Origin: Candidatus Adiutrix sp.
GTDB lineage: Bacteria > Desulfobacterota > Desulfarculia > Adiutricales > Adiutricaceae
Reading direction: 5' to 3'
Assembly (NCBI GenBank): GCA_031263565.1
Contig: JAISFR010000118.1
Span: forward strand, 1-25,800
DNA length: 25,800 nt
In this document: piece after piece, positions 15,125-23,398 of the stretch
How positions within the stretch are numbered: the first letter of the stretch is position 1
How the letters are laid out: every line of letters starts with the position of its first letter
Position numbers and translations under genes: made by a program
The notes under the pieces: generated by a model
Seen by the model: only the letters and a program-made list of their open reading frames with translations
Database searches by the model: none
What the model was told of the DNA's origin: nothing

Positions 15125-17050
15125 ATGTTCGTCAAAAAAATATATATCGGGGCCGTCGCGGCCTTTTTGCTTCTGGCCGGGGCCGGCCCGGCCGCCGCCC
15201 AGGGTCCGGAGCGGGGCCCTGACCGGCAGCATCTGGTTTACGGGGCCGGTACGCCCCAGGAACTTCAGGTCTATAAAATTTTCGGCCGCCAGCCCGGGCC
15301 CACGGTCCTGATCATCGGCGGCATTCAGGGCGATGAGGCCGGCGGCTTTATGAGCGCCGACCTCTATGTCGATCTGGCTTTGAAAAAAGGCAATCTGATC
15401 GTCGTGCCCCGGGCCAATTTCAAAAGCATCATCCAGTACCACCGGGGGCCGGACGGGGACATGAACCGGAAATTCCGGGGCGACCTCGACCGCGACCCGG
15501 AGCGCCCCATAGTGGAGGCGCTCAAGGCCCTGATGGCCGAAAGCGATCTGGTGCTGAACCTCCATGACGGCTCCGGTTATTATCGGCACATCTGGGAAAG
15601 CGACCTGGCCAACCCCAACCGCTACGGCCAATGCATCATCGCCGACGCCGACGTCTATACCCATAAGCCCAGCGGGCGCATCATCCCCCTGAAAGACTAC
15701 GCCGAAGACGTGGTGGAGAGGATCAACCGGCAGATCGACGATCCCCAGCAGAAGTTCCGCTTCTCCAACCACAACACCGAGGCCCCGGACAGCCGGCATA
15801 AGGAGCAGAAGGGCAGCGTCTCTTATTACGCCCTGACCGAATTGGGCATCCCGGCCTTCGGGGTGGAGACCTCCAAGCAGTTGCCCAGCCTGGAACTGAA
15901 GATTTATCAGCACAACCTGGCGGTCAACGCCTTTCTGGAAGTCTTCGGGCTGGAACTGGAACAGCCCCGGATACGTCTGGAAGCGCCTTATCTGGCCTAT
16001 CTTTTGATAGCGGTCAATAACGGAACGCCTCTGGCCGTGGCCGACGGCCAGACTCTGATGGTGGCCCCGGGCGCGGCCGTGGAAGTCCTGGACGTGGTCT
16101 CCAATTTTGACCGGGGGCTGTCGGCGGACGTCAAAGGGCTGGGCGGCTTCAATGATCTGGGCGTTCCGCTGCGGATCGAGCAGCCCACCAGCATTGAAGT
16201 GCAGAAAGACCAGCGGCGCATCGGGCGGATCAGCCTGGCTCTTCTGCCCGCGGGTCAGGAGGATCAGAGCCCGCGCCTGACCGGCGAAAACCGTCTCCGA
16301 CTGCCCCGGGCCGAGGCGGTGGCGGCGGCCGGGCCGGAAGCCGCCGGCCGCTTGGCGGTTCTGGATTCGCCGCGCAATGAAATAAGGCAGGCCATCGAGC
16401 TGACCCCCGGCCCCCGGCCCCCGGCCGGCGCGCCCCCGGCCCCGGCCCGGGTGACCGGTTTTCTGATCGAGGTCGACGGGTGGCCGGTGGAACTGGCTCC
16501 GGGTCAGAAGCTGGAGGTCATGAGCGGCAGCCTGATCAAAATGGTGGATTTAAAAAGCGACGGTCCCTTGCCCGAAAAAACGGTCATGAATCTCAAAGGC
16601 TTCATGCCCAAGAGCAAGCTTTATAAAAACGACGGCGAAGATCGGGGCTTCACCGCCGATACCGGCCGGGACCTGATGCCGGCCTTTTCGGTCGGGCAGA
16701 GGGGCCGCGACTATGAGATCAACGCCGAGGTCGGGCCGGAGGTCAGGGCTTCCTGTTCCATACGCCTGACGCCGCCCAAACTGGTCTCGGCGACCATTGA
16801 GATCGACGGGCGGAGGCAGACCCTTACGCCTGGCGGGCGCTTCGGCATTCCGCCCGGCGCCGAGGTGACCGTGCTGGCCGTGGAACTGGCCGACGGCCGG
16901 GAGCTCGGCAACCCCCGCTTCACCCTGGGCGGCAAGCCTTTCCCCGCGGAACTGCCCCAGACCTTGAAAATGCCGGGCTTCGGGGTCAACCTGGCCGTTT
17001 TCAACGGCGAAGTCCTGGCCGGCAAAGTTTTGTGGGCCTTAAAGCCCTAG
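15125..17050 (+). CDS. Secreted M14-like zinc carboxypeptidase (AstE/AspA superfamily fold; candidate Csd4/Pgp1-type peptidoglycan peptide carboxypeptidase) with three C-terminal beta-rich internal repeats.
   Basis: Signal peptide MFVKKIYIGAVAAFLLLAGAGPAAAQ. Catalytic-domain motif VLIIGGIQGDEAGG, with Q-x-x-E in place of the usual H-x-x-E zinc ligands as reported for Helicobacter Csd4, and a downstream His in VLNLHDGSGYY. C-terminal half has three ~35-aa repeats (YLLIAVNNGTPLAVADGQTLMVAPGAAVEVLDV / GFLIEVDGWPVELAPGQKLEVMSGSLIKMVDL / SATIEIDGRRQTLTPGGRFGIPPGAEVTVLAVEL). Confidence 0.65.
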   Translation: MFVKKIYIGAVAAFLLLAGAGPAAAQGPERGPDRQHLVYGAGTPQELQVYKIFGRQPGPTVLIIGGIQGDEAGGFMSADLYVDLALKKGNLIVVPRANFKSIIQYHRGPDGDMNRKFRGDLDRDPERPIVEALKALMAESDLVLNLHDGSGYYRHIWESDLANPNRYGQCIIADADVYTHKPSGRIIPLKDYAEDVVERINRQIDDPQQKFRFSNHNTEAPDSRHKEQKGSVSYYALTELGIPAFGVETSKQLPSLELKIYQHNLAVNAFLEVFGLELEQPRIRLEAPYLAYLLIAVNNGTPLAVADGQTLMVAPGAAVEVLDVVSNFDRGLSADVKGLGGFNDLGVPLRIEQPTSIEVQKDQRRIGRISLALLPAGQEDQSPRLTGENRLRLPRAEAVAAAGPEAAGRLAVLDSPRNEIRQAIELTPGPRPPAGAPPAPARVTGFLIEVDGWPVELAPGQKLEVMSGSLIKMVDLKSDGPLPEKTVMNLKGFMPKSKLYKNDGEDRGFTADTGRDLMPAFSVGQRGRDYEINAEVGPEVRASCSIRLTPPKLVSATIEIDGRRQTLTPGGRFGIPPGAEVTVLAVELADGRELGNPRFTLGGKPFPAELPQTLKMPGFGVNLAVFNGEVLAGKVLWALKP

Positions 17051-17057
17051 CAGACAG

Positions 17058-17100
17058 TCAAGGATTTGAAATGTGGCCAAGCCACATTTCAAATCCTTGA
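17058..17100. repeat. Perfect 20-bp-stem inverted repeat (hairpin with a 3-nt loop) directly after the carboxypeptidase stop. It has no U-tract and may be an RNA stability element or a protein-binding palindrome.
   Basis: tcaaggatttgaaatgtggc-caa-gccacatttcaaatccttga, perfectly complementary. Shares the core AATGTGGCC...GGCCACATT with the terminator at 1965-2000. Confidence 0.7.
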
Positions 17101-17154
17101 GGTCTACGCTTTGGTTGATTGCTTCGCAATCAGCCTTTCAATTGAGGTTCCCCG

Positions 17155-18486
17155 ATGGCCAAAGCCGCGGTTCTGACCTTGGGCTGCAAGGTCAATCAAT
17201 TTGAATCTTCCGCCGTGACCGAGAGTCTGCGCGCGGCGGGCTTTGAGATTCTGGACCAGGCCGTGGGGGCCGATCTGGTGGTCCTGAACACCTGCACCGT
17301 GACCCGGAAGGCCGACCAGGAGGCCCTGGCCCTCTTAAGGCGCGTCAAACGTCTGAACCCGGCGGCCAAAGTGGTGGCCACCGGCTGCCTGGCCCAGTCC
17401 AACCCGGACCTGCTGGCCGACAGCGGGCTGGTGACCCTGGTCCTGGGCCAGGGGGAAAAGGCCGGGCTCCTGGATCATCTGAGCGACCTGGACAGGCCCG
17501 GGCGGAAGATCCGGGTGGCCCCGCTGACCGGGCCGGCCGCCGATTTCGGCACGCCCGGGCCGGCGCGGACCCGGGCCTTCTACAAAATACAGGACGGCTG
17601 CTCGGCCTTCTGCGCCTATTGCGCCGTCCCCCGGTCCCGGGGTCCCTCCCGGAGCCTGGATCTGGACCGGGTGCTGGAGGGGCTGCGCAGCTATCTAGGC
17701 CGGGGGCTCGGCGAAGTGGTGCTCTGCGGCATTCATCTGGGCCATTGGGGCCGGGATCTGAAGCCGGCCCTGTCCCTGGCCGAACTTCTGCACAGCATAG
17801 ATTCGGAAATATCCCCGGACCCGGAGCTCTTCCGTCTGCGGCTCAGTTCCGTCGAACCTCCGGAACTGGACGGGGAAGTCCTGACGGCCTATGAAATGTA
17901 TCCCTGGCTGGCCCCCCATTTTCATCTGCCTCTCCAGAGCGGCAGTGACCGGGTGCTGGAGATGATGGGCCGGCCCTACCGGACCGCCCAGTTCCGGGAC
18001 CTGGTTCTGCGCCTGAAAGAGAGCTGGCCTTTGGCCGGCCTGGGGCTGGACGTCATGGCCGGCTTTCCCGGCGAAAGCGAGCGGGACTTTCAAAGCGGGC
18101 TGGAATTCCTGAAAGACCTGCCGGTCACCTATTTCCATGTTTTTCCCTATTCCAGGCGGCCGGGCACCAGGGCGGCCGAGAGCCCCCACCAGGTGCCCGA
18201 GCATCTCAAGCGGGCCCGGACCCTGGAATTGAAGGCCCTCAATCTGGCCAAGCGGCGGGCCTTTGCCGAGCTCAATTGCGGGCGCCGGCAACAGGCCCTG
18301 GTGGAAAATACCCCCCACCCGGCCAGCGGGCGCCTCAAAGCGCTGACCGGCAATTATTTGCCGGCCCTTCTGCCGGCCGGCCTGGATTCAGCCCTCACCG
18401 GGGTCCTGTTGCCGGTGCGCCTGGAAGCCCCGGCCAACCCCTGGGGTTTTCTGGAAGCCAGGCCCTTAGGGGCGGGCGAGATTTGA
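17155..18486 (+). CDS. mtaB: Radical-SAM methylthiotransferase, MiaB-like, MtaB (YqeV) subfamily (tRNA ms2t6A37).
   Basis: N-terminal MTTase domain AAVLTLGCKVNQFES...NTCTV...ATGCLAQ. Radical-SAM CSAFCAYCAVP (CxxxCxxC). C-terminal TRAM-like segment. GAGG RBS. Subfamily assignment is by N-terminal motif similarity only. Confidence 0.7.
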   Translation: MAKAAVLTLGCKVNQFESSAVTESLRAAGFEILDQAVGADLVVLNTCTVTRKADQEALALLRRVKRLNPAAKVVATGCLAQSNPDLLADSGLVTLVLGQGEKAGLLDHLSDLDRPGRKIRVAPLTGPAADFGTPGPARTRAFYKIQDGCSAFCAYCAVPRSRGPSRSLDLDRVLEGLRSYLGRGLGEVVLCGIHLGHWGRDLKPALSLAELLHSIDSEISPDPELFRLRLSSVEPPELDGEVLTAYEMYPWLAPHFHLPLQSGSDRVLEMMGRPYRTAQFRDLVLRLKESWPLAGLGLDVMAGFPGESERDFQSGLEFLKDLPVTYFHVFPYSRRPGTRAAESPHQVPEHLKRARTLELKALNLAKRRAFAELNCGRRQQALVENTPHPASGRLKALTGNYLPALLPAGLDSALTGVLLPVRLEAPANPWGFLEARPLGAGEI

Positions 18487-18523
18487 AAGGCGGCCGGGCC
18501 TCCGAAGAAGGAAAGCTGTATCT

Positions 18524-19448
18524 ATGTCGGGTTTATCAAAAATTATTATTTTGTCCCTGGCCGTGATTATCGCCTCGGCCGCTTATCTCGGCCTTGGCCG
18601 CGGCGGCCTGACCCCGACCGGCGAGGCGGTCGATGAGGAAATGATTTCCGTAATCCCGGCGGCCGGGCCAGCCCTGGTGGAAGAATCCGCCGCCTGGTTA
18701 CGGTTCGTGCATGGCGGCAAAATGGGCTTCACCAATACTCAGAGTGAGGTGGTGATCCCGGCCGCATTCGATTACGCCCTGGATTTTTCCGCCAAGGGCC
18801 TGGCGGCGGTGAAGGTTAACGGCCAATGGGGATACATCAACAGCAAAGGGGAGATGGCTGTCCCGGCCCGGTTTGATTTCGTCTGGCGCTTTGCCGACAA
18901 CGGCCTGGCCGCCGTCAAAGTGGGCGGCCGATGGGGTTTCATCAATCAATCGGCTCGGCGAATTGACGGTCAAGGCCGACTATGACGATGCGCTTAGTTT
19001 TGACGGCAACGGCCTGGCCCCGGTGGCGCTTGACGGCCGATGGGGTTTCATCAACGCCTGGGGGGACTTGGTTATTCCGGCTGAGTTTGACGAGGTGTGG
19101 AATTTTAACGATAACGGTCTGGCCAAAATCAAACTTAATGGCCAATATGGTTTTATCAACCTTCGAGGCGAGTTGGCCATTCCCGCCCGCTTTTATGAAG
19201 CCAGCGATTTCGCCGCCAATGGTTTGGCCGCGGTTATGGTTGAAAAAGGCGTAAAAGGAGGAGCCTGGGATGAAAGAGACGCGAAGTGGGGATATATTGA
19301 CAGCCAAGGGAAAATGGTCATCAAGGGCAAATATATTTCGGCCACCGGCTTTGGCGATGACGGTTTGGCGGTCGTTTGTTTTTGGGGACCATGGGATGAA
19401 GATTACCGCTACATTAACAGCCAAGGTAAACTTTTTTATATAAATTAG
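18524..19448 (+). pseudogene. WG-repeat (WG_beta_rep) secreted or membrane-anchored protein, interrupted by a +4 frameshift near 18950-18957. Pseudogene or sequencing error.
   Basis: Two overlapping ORFs (18524-18985 in frame 2, 18873-19448 in frame 0) both carry the same ~38-aa repeats (GLAAVKVNGQWGYINSKGEMAVPARFD...). Removing the 4 nt gctc from caatcg[gctc]ggcgaattgacg restores ...RWGFINQSGELTVKADYDD..., which fits the repeat consensus WGfIN..GelaiPa.fD. N-terminal signal/anchor MSGLSKIIILSLAVIIASAAYL. Confidence 0.55.
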
Positions 19449-19595
19449 GAAAAGAATATCTTGAAACGGCGCTCCTGCACACAAAACTAAAGAGGCATAG
19501 TGTTTATGGCTTCAAGTTCGGGGTCAGCGCCCGAAAGCGATGAACGTGACGGCCGAATTAAATTATCCTTGCAATAATCCTCAAAGACGGGCAGA

Positions 19596-20324
19596 ATGAA
19601 AGTTTCAGGGAACCCGTCCGCAAAAGCTCTTCCGCCCCTCAGGCCGGCCCTGAAGGAGACCTTGGTTTTGGACCTGGCTTTCATCAGCAAGTACGCCCAG
19701 CTCTACGCCCAGGCGGCCAAACTGACCGTGATTCTGGCCGCGGCCGGGATAGCCCTGTCCCTCGTCATCGGCCTGGTCTGCTCCCTGATCCGCTATTACC
19801 GGCTGCCCCTGCTCAAGAGCCTGGCCCGCGCCTATATTGAGATGTCCCGCAACACGCCTCTGATGATCCAGCTTTTTTTCCTCTACTACGGCCTGCCCCG
19901 GGCGGGCCTCAGGCTGGAAAGCGTCACCTGCGCCATAATCGGCCTGGCTTTCCTGGGCGGCGGCTATATGGCCGAAGCTTTTCGCGGCGGCCTGGAAGCC
20001 GTCAGCCGGGTGCAGGTCGAGGCCGGCTTGAGCGTCGGGCTCAGCCGCCCGCAGCTGGTGCGCTACGTCATCCTGCCCCAGGCCTTTGCCGTGGCCGTGC
20101 CGGCCATCACCGCCAACACCATTTTTCTGATGAAGGAAACCTCGGTCTTCAGCATTATCGCCCTGGCCGACCTGGTCTACGTCTTCAAGGATCTGGTCCG
20201 GGAAGGCCACAGCAATGAAAACAACCTCCTTTTGGTGCTCTTCTACCTGATCATCATCCTCCCGGTTTCCCTCTTTTTCGCCTACCTGGAAAGGAGGGTG
20301 CGCCGTGCTGGATTCGGCGCTTAA
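19596..20324 (+). CDS. Polar amino-acid ABC transporter permease (His/Gln/Glu/Arg family)
   Basis: EAA-like region and SRNTPLMIQLFFLYYGLP motif. The true start may instead be TTG at 19662/19668, directly after an AAGGAG RBS at 19653-19658. The ATG at 19596 has no good RBS. Confidence 0.75.
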   Translation: MKVSGNPSAKALPPLRPALKETLVLDLAFISKYAQLYAQAAKLTVILAAAGIALSLVIGLVCSLIRYYRLPLLKSLARAYIEMSRNTPLMIQLFFLYYGLPRAGLRLESVTCAIIGLAFLGGGYMAEAFRGGLEAVSRVQVEAGLSVGLSRPQLVRYVILPQAFAVAVPAITANTIFLMKETSVFSIIALADLVYVFKDLVREGHSNENNLLLVLFYLIIILPVSLFFAYLERRVRRAGFGA

Positions 20325-20982
20325 CGTCTTTCGCCAGGGGCGCAATCTGGCCCGCCTGATGGAAGGCCTCTGGGTCACCCTGGAAATCAGCGCGGTTTCG
20401 GTGCTCCTGTCGATGCTCCTGGGGATTGTGGTCGGCCTCCTGATGACCACCAGAAAGCCCCTGTGGCGGGCCGCCGCCCGGCTTTACCTGGAACTGGTCC
20501 GCTTCGTCCCCATTCTGGTTTTGCTCTATATCTTTTACTACACCCTCAGCCGCAACTGGGGCATCAACCTGGAGGCCAAAATAGTGGCCGTTCTGGTTTT
20601 CACCCTCTGGGGCACGGCCGAAATGGCCGACCTGGTGCGCGGGGCGGCGACCAGCCTCCCGGCGCACCAGCGGGAGAGCGGGCGGGCCATCGGCCTGACC
20701 GAAAGCCAGATCAACCGCTACGTCATCATTCCCCAGGCCGTGCGACGGCTCATCCCGGGAGTCATCAACCTGACCACCCGCATGATCAAGACCACGCCCT
20801 TCGTCTTTTTCATCAACGTGCCGGAACTGACCAAGGTGGGGCAGCAGATCGTGGAAGTGGCCGGCATGAAGAACTATATGGCCAGTTTCTGGGTCTACGC
20901 CTTTATTTTTTTCATTTATTTCGCCGTCTGCTATCCCATTTCCCGCTTTTCCGGTTTTCTGGAAAAGAAGTGGGAAAATTAA
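20305..20982 (+). CDS. Polar amino-acid ABC transporter permease (second subunit)
   Basis: GTG start 7 nt after an AAGGAGG RBS, overlapping the end of the previous permease. Multiple TM segments. Typical amino-acid permease conserved loop ...TESQINRYVIIPQAVRRLIPGVINL... Confidence 0.8.
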   Translation: MLDSALNVFRQGRNLARLMEGLWVTLEISAVSVLLSMLLGIVVGLLMTTRKPLWRAAARLYLELVRFVPILVLLYIFYYTLSRNWGINLEAKIVAVLVFTLWGTAEMADLVRGAATSLPAHQRESGRAIGLTESQINRYVIIPQAVRRLIPGVINLTTRMIKTTPFVFFINVPELTKVGQQIVEVAGMKNYMASFWVYAFIFFIYFAVCYPISRFSGFLEKKWEN

Positions 20983-21033
20983 AACGCCGGCGAGGCGCGA
21001 TAAAAAGCGGTCCGCAAGACCAGGAGCCTGACC

Positions 21034-21816
21034 ATGTCCACCGCCCAGCCGGTGCTCAGAATACGAGATCTTCATAAAAAATATGACCGGCTGGAAGTGC
21101 TCCACGGCATTTCCCTGGATGTGCCCCGCGGCCGGGTGCTGGTGGTCATCGGCCCCTCGGGCTGCGGCAAGAGCACCCTTTTGCGCTGCATCAACGGCCT
21201 GGAGGCCATCGAGAGCGGCGACATCGAACTCAACGGGGAATCCATCAGTTCCGGCAAGACCCGCTGGAATCTGGTGCGGCAGAAGATCGGCATGGTCTTC
21301 CAGAGCTATGACCTCTTCCCCCACATGACGGTCATGGGCAATATCCTCCTGGGGCCGCTGAAGGCCCAGGGCCGCGACCGCCGGGAAGTGACCCGCGAGG
21401 CCGAGCAGCTTCTGGACCGGGTCGGGCTCCTGGACCGCAAGGATTCCTATCCCCGGCAGCTTTCCGGCGGGCAGAAACAGCGGGTGGCCATTGTCCGGGC
21501 CCTGTGCATGAACCCGGAGATAATGCTCTTTGACGAGGTCACCGCCTCGCTGGACCCGGAAATGGTCCGGGAGGTGCTGGACGTCATGCTGGGCCTGGCC
21601 GAGCGCGGCATGACCATGCTCATCGTCACCCACGAAATGGCTTTCGCCAGGGCCGTGGCCGACAAGATAATTTTCATGGACCAGGGGGTGATCGTGGAAA
21701 GCGCGCCGCCGAACGTCTTTTTCGAAAACCCGGTCAGCGACCGGGCCCGACGTTTTCTCAACATATTCCAGTTTGATGGAGTAAAAAAGGAGGAACAGCC
21801 TCATGTTGAAAGCTAA
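21034..21816 (+). CDS. Polar amino-acid ABC transporter ATP-binding protein (GlnQ/HisP-like)
   Basis: Walker [20 protein letters not shown] signature [15 protein letters not shown], Walker [14 protein letters not shown]-loop IVTHEM. AGGAG RBS. Confidence 0.9.
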   Translation: MSTAQPVLRIRDLHKKYDRLEVLHGISLDVPRGRVLVVIGPSGCGKSTLLRCINGLEAIESGDIELNGESISSGKTRWNLVRQKIGMVFQSYDLFPHMTVMGNILLGPLKAQGRDRREVTREAEQLLDRVGLLDRKDSYPRQLSGGQKQRVAIVRALCMNPEIMLFDEVTASLDPEMVREVLDVMLGLAERGMTMLIVTHEMAFARAVADKIIFMDQGVIVESAPPNVFFENPVSDRARRFLNIFQFDGVKKEEQPHVES

Positions 21817-22636
21817 GATTTTTCGCGTTCTGGTTCCGGCTCTGGCCCTGATGTTTCTGGCCGCCCCGGCTTTGGCCGCGGGTGAACTGGCCAAAATCAA
21901 GGAAGCCGGCAAAATCCGCATCGGGGTCTTCAGCGACAAGCCGCCTTTCGGCTATGTCGATGAAAACGGCGACCATCGGGGCTATGACGTCTATCTGGCC
22001 CGGCGCCTCGCCCAGGACCTCCTGGGCGACGAGAACAAGATTGAATTCGTGCTGGTGGAGGCCGCCAGCCGGATGGAAGTGCTGGAATCCAACAAGGTCG
22101 ACCTGATTCTGGCCAACTTCACCGTCACCCCCGAAAGGGCCCAGCGGGTGGATTTCGCCAAGCCCTATATGAAGGTGGCCCTGGGCGTGGTCTCGCCGGC
22201 CAACGCCCCGGTCACCGACGTGGCCCAGCTCAGGGGCCAGAAGCTGATCGTCAACAAGGGCACCACGGCCGACATTTATTTCGCCGAAAAACACCCCGAA
22301 GTGAACCTGCTCAAATACGACCAGAACACCGAGGCCTTCAACGCCCTGCGCGACGGCCGGGGCGCGGCCCTGGCCCACGACAATACCCTGATCTTCGCCT
22401 GGATCAACGAAAATCCCGGCTTTGTGTCCGGCATTTCCTTCCTGGGCAATCTGGACAGCATCGCCCCGGCGGTGAAGAAGGGCAATACCGAGCTTCTGGA
22501 CTGGCTCAATGAGGAAATAGTCAGGCTCGGCCAGGAAAATTTTTTCCATAAAAACTACGACGCCACCCTCAAGCCCATTTACGGCGATACCGTGGACCCC
22601 GAGACGGTGGTGGTTGAAGGCGGGGTTCTGGAGTAA
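21803..22636 (+). CDS. Periplasmic amino-acid-binding protein (solute-binding protein family 3)
   Basis: Signal peptide [30 protein letters not shown]_bac_3-like sequence ([34 protein letters not shown]...[22 protein letters not shown]). AAGGAGG RBS. Overlaps the ATPase gene's stop, so operonic. Confidence 0.85.
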   Translation: MLKAKIFRVLVPALALMFLAAPALAAGELAKIKEAGKIRIGVFSDKPPFGYVDENGDHRGYDVYLARRLAQDLLGDENKIEFVLVEAASRMEVLESNKVDLILANFTVTPERAQRVDFAKPYMKVALGVVSPANAPVTDVAQLRGQKLIVNKGTTADIYFAEKHPEVNLLKYDQNTEAFNALRDGRGAALAHDNTLIFAWINENPGFVSGISFLGNLDSIAPAVKKGNTELLDWLNEEIVRLGQENFFHKNYDATLKPIYGDTVDPETVVVEGGVLE

Positions 22637-22662
22637 AAAGAGCGCCCGGGAGGCCGTTGAAC

Positions 22663-22696
22663 AAAAAAGGGGGGGGAGCCTGAACAGGCTCCCCCC
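22663..22696 (-). terminator. Intrinsic terminator for minus-strand rlpA, and possibly a bidirectional terminator for the ABC operon.
   Basis: 10-bp GC stem ggggggagcc / ggctcccccc with loop tgaaca. On the minus strand the hairpin is followed by UUUUUU (complement of AAAAAA at 22663-22668). On the plus strand it is followed by a weaker T-tract at ...gtaatttt. Confidence 0.65.
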
Positions 22697-22822
22697 GGTC
22701 GTAATTTTAAGCGCTCTGAAACCCCAGAGCCCTCCCCGGCCCCGATTTCGAGGCGTCAGCTCCGCCGCTCCACCTTCAGCCTCTTGACCGGCCTGACTTT
22801 GCGTATTACAATAATAAAGTGA

Positions 22823-23398
22823 TCATTTGCCGGCTGAAGCCGCGGTCGCGGTTTCCTGCTTTTGGGCGTCGGCCAGTTGCCGGGCTCTGGGGCCGGTGAT
22901 GGCCCTGACCGTCACTTTGGCCACCCCGGATTTGAGCAGGCCCATTTCCGCGGCGGCGGCCCGGGACAGGTCGATGATCCGGCCTTTGACGAAGGGGCCC
23001 CGGTCGTTGATGCGCAGGGCCAGAACCTTGTTGGTTTCCAGGTTCCTGACTTCCACCCAGGTGTGGAGGGGCAGGGTCTTGTGGGCCGCCGTGACGCGGT
23101 TCATGTCGTAAATTTCGCCGCTGGCGGTTTGGCGGCCGTGGAAGGGCTCCCCGTACCAGGAGGCCAGACCTTTTTCCCGGAAGCCTTCGGCCGAGGCCAG
23201 GATATGATAGCGCTGGCCGTTGATGACGTAAGATTTGCCGCTGCGGTTCGTCCCGAAGAAGCCGCAGCCGCCGGTCAGCAGAACCAGCCCCAGAATGAGC
23301 AATATTTTGGCATAGAAAATGCTTTCAGATAAGTCGATTTTTAGCGAGAGAACTTGGGAGGTTTTTTCGGCGTTATGATTCGCGGGTTCGTTCAGCAT
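22823..23398 (-). CDS. rlpA: Septal ring lytic transglycosylase RlpA family lipoprotein (DPBB domain)
   Basis: Minus-strand ATG at 23398 with an AGGAG RBS 6 nt upstream. Hydrophobic segment plus lipobox-like ILLILGLVLLTGGCG. Conserved RlpA DPBB block ASWYGEPFHGRQTASGEIYDMNRVTAAHKTLPLHTWVEVRNLETNKVLALRINDRGPFVKGRIIDLSRAAAAEMG. The ORF-track extension up to 23662 is rejected because it is the antisense of the dacB signal-peptide repeat. Confidence 0.75.
   Translation of the reverse strand: MLNEPANHNAEKTSQVLSLKIDLSESIFYAKILLILGLVLLTGGCGFFGTNRSGKSYVINGQRYHILASAEGFREKGLASWYGEPFHGRQTASGEIYDMNRVTAAHKTLPLHTWVEVRNLETNKVLALRINDRGPFVKGRIIDLSRAAAAEMGLLKSGVAKVTVRAITGPRARQLADAQKQETATAASAGK

Noticed and set aside
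17052-17100. Calling the 43-bp palindrome a canonical rho-independent terminator
   Set aside because: There is no downstream U-tract on either strand (plus strand continues ggtctacgc; minus strand continues ctgtctgctaggg), so it is reported as a structured element of uncertain role rather than a terminator.
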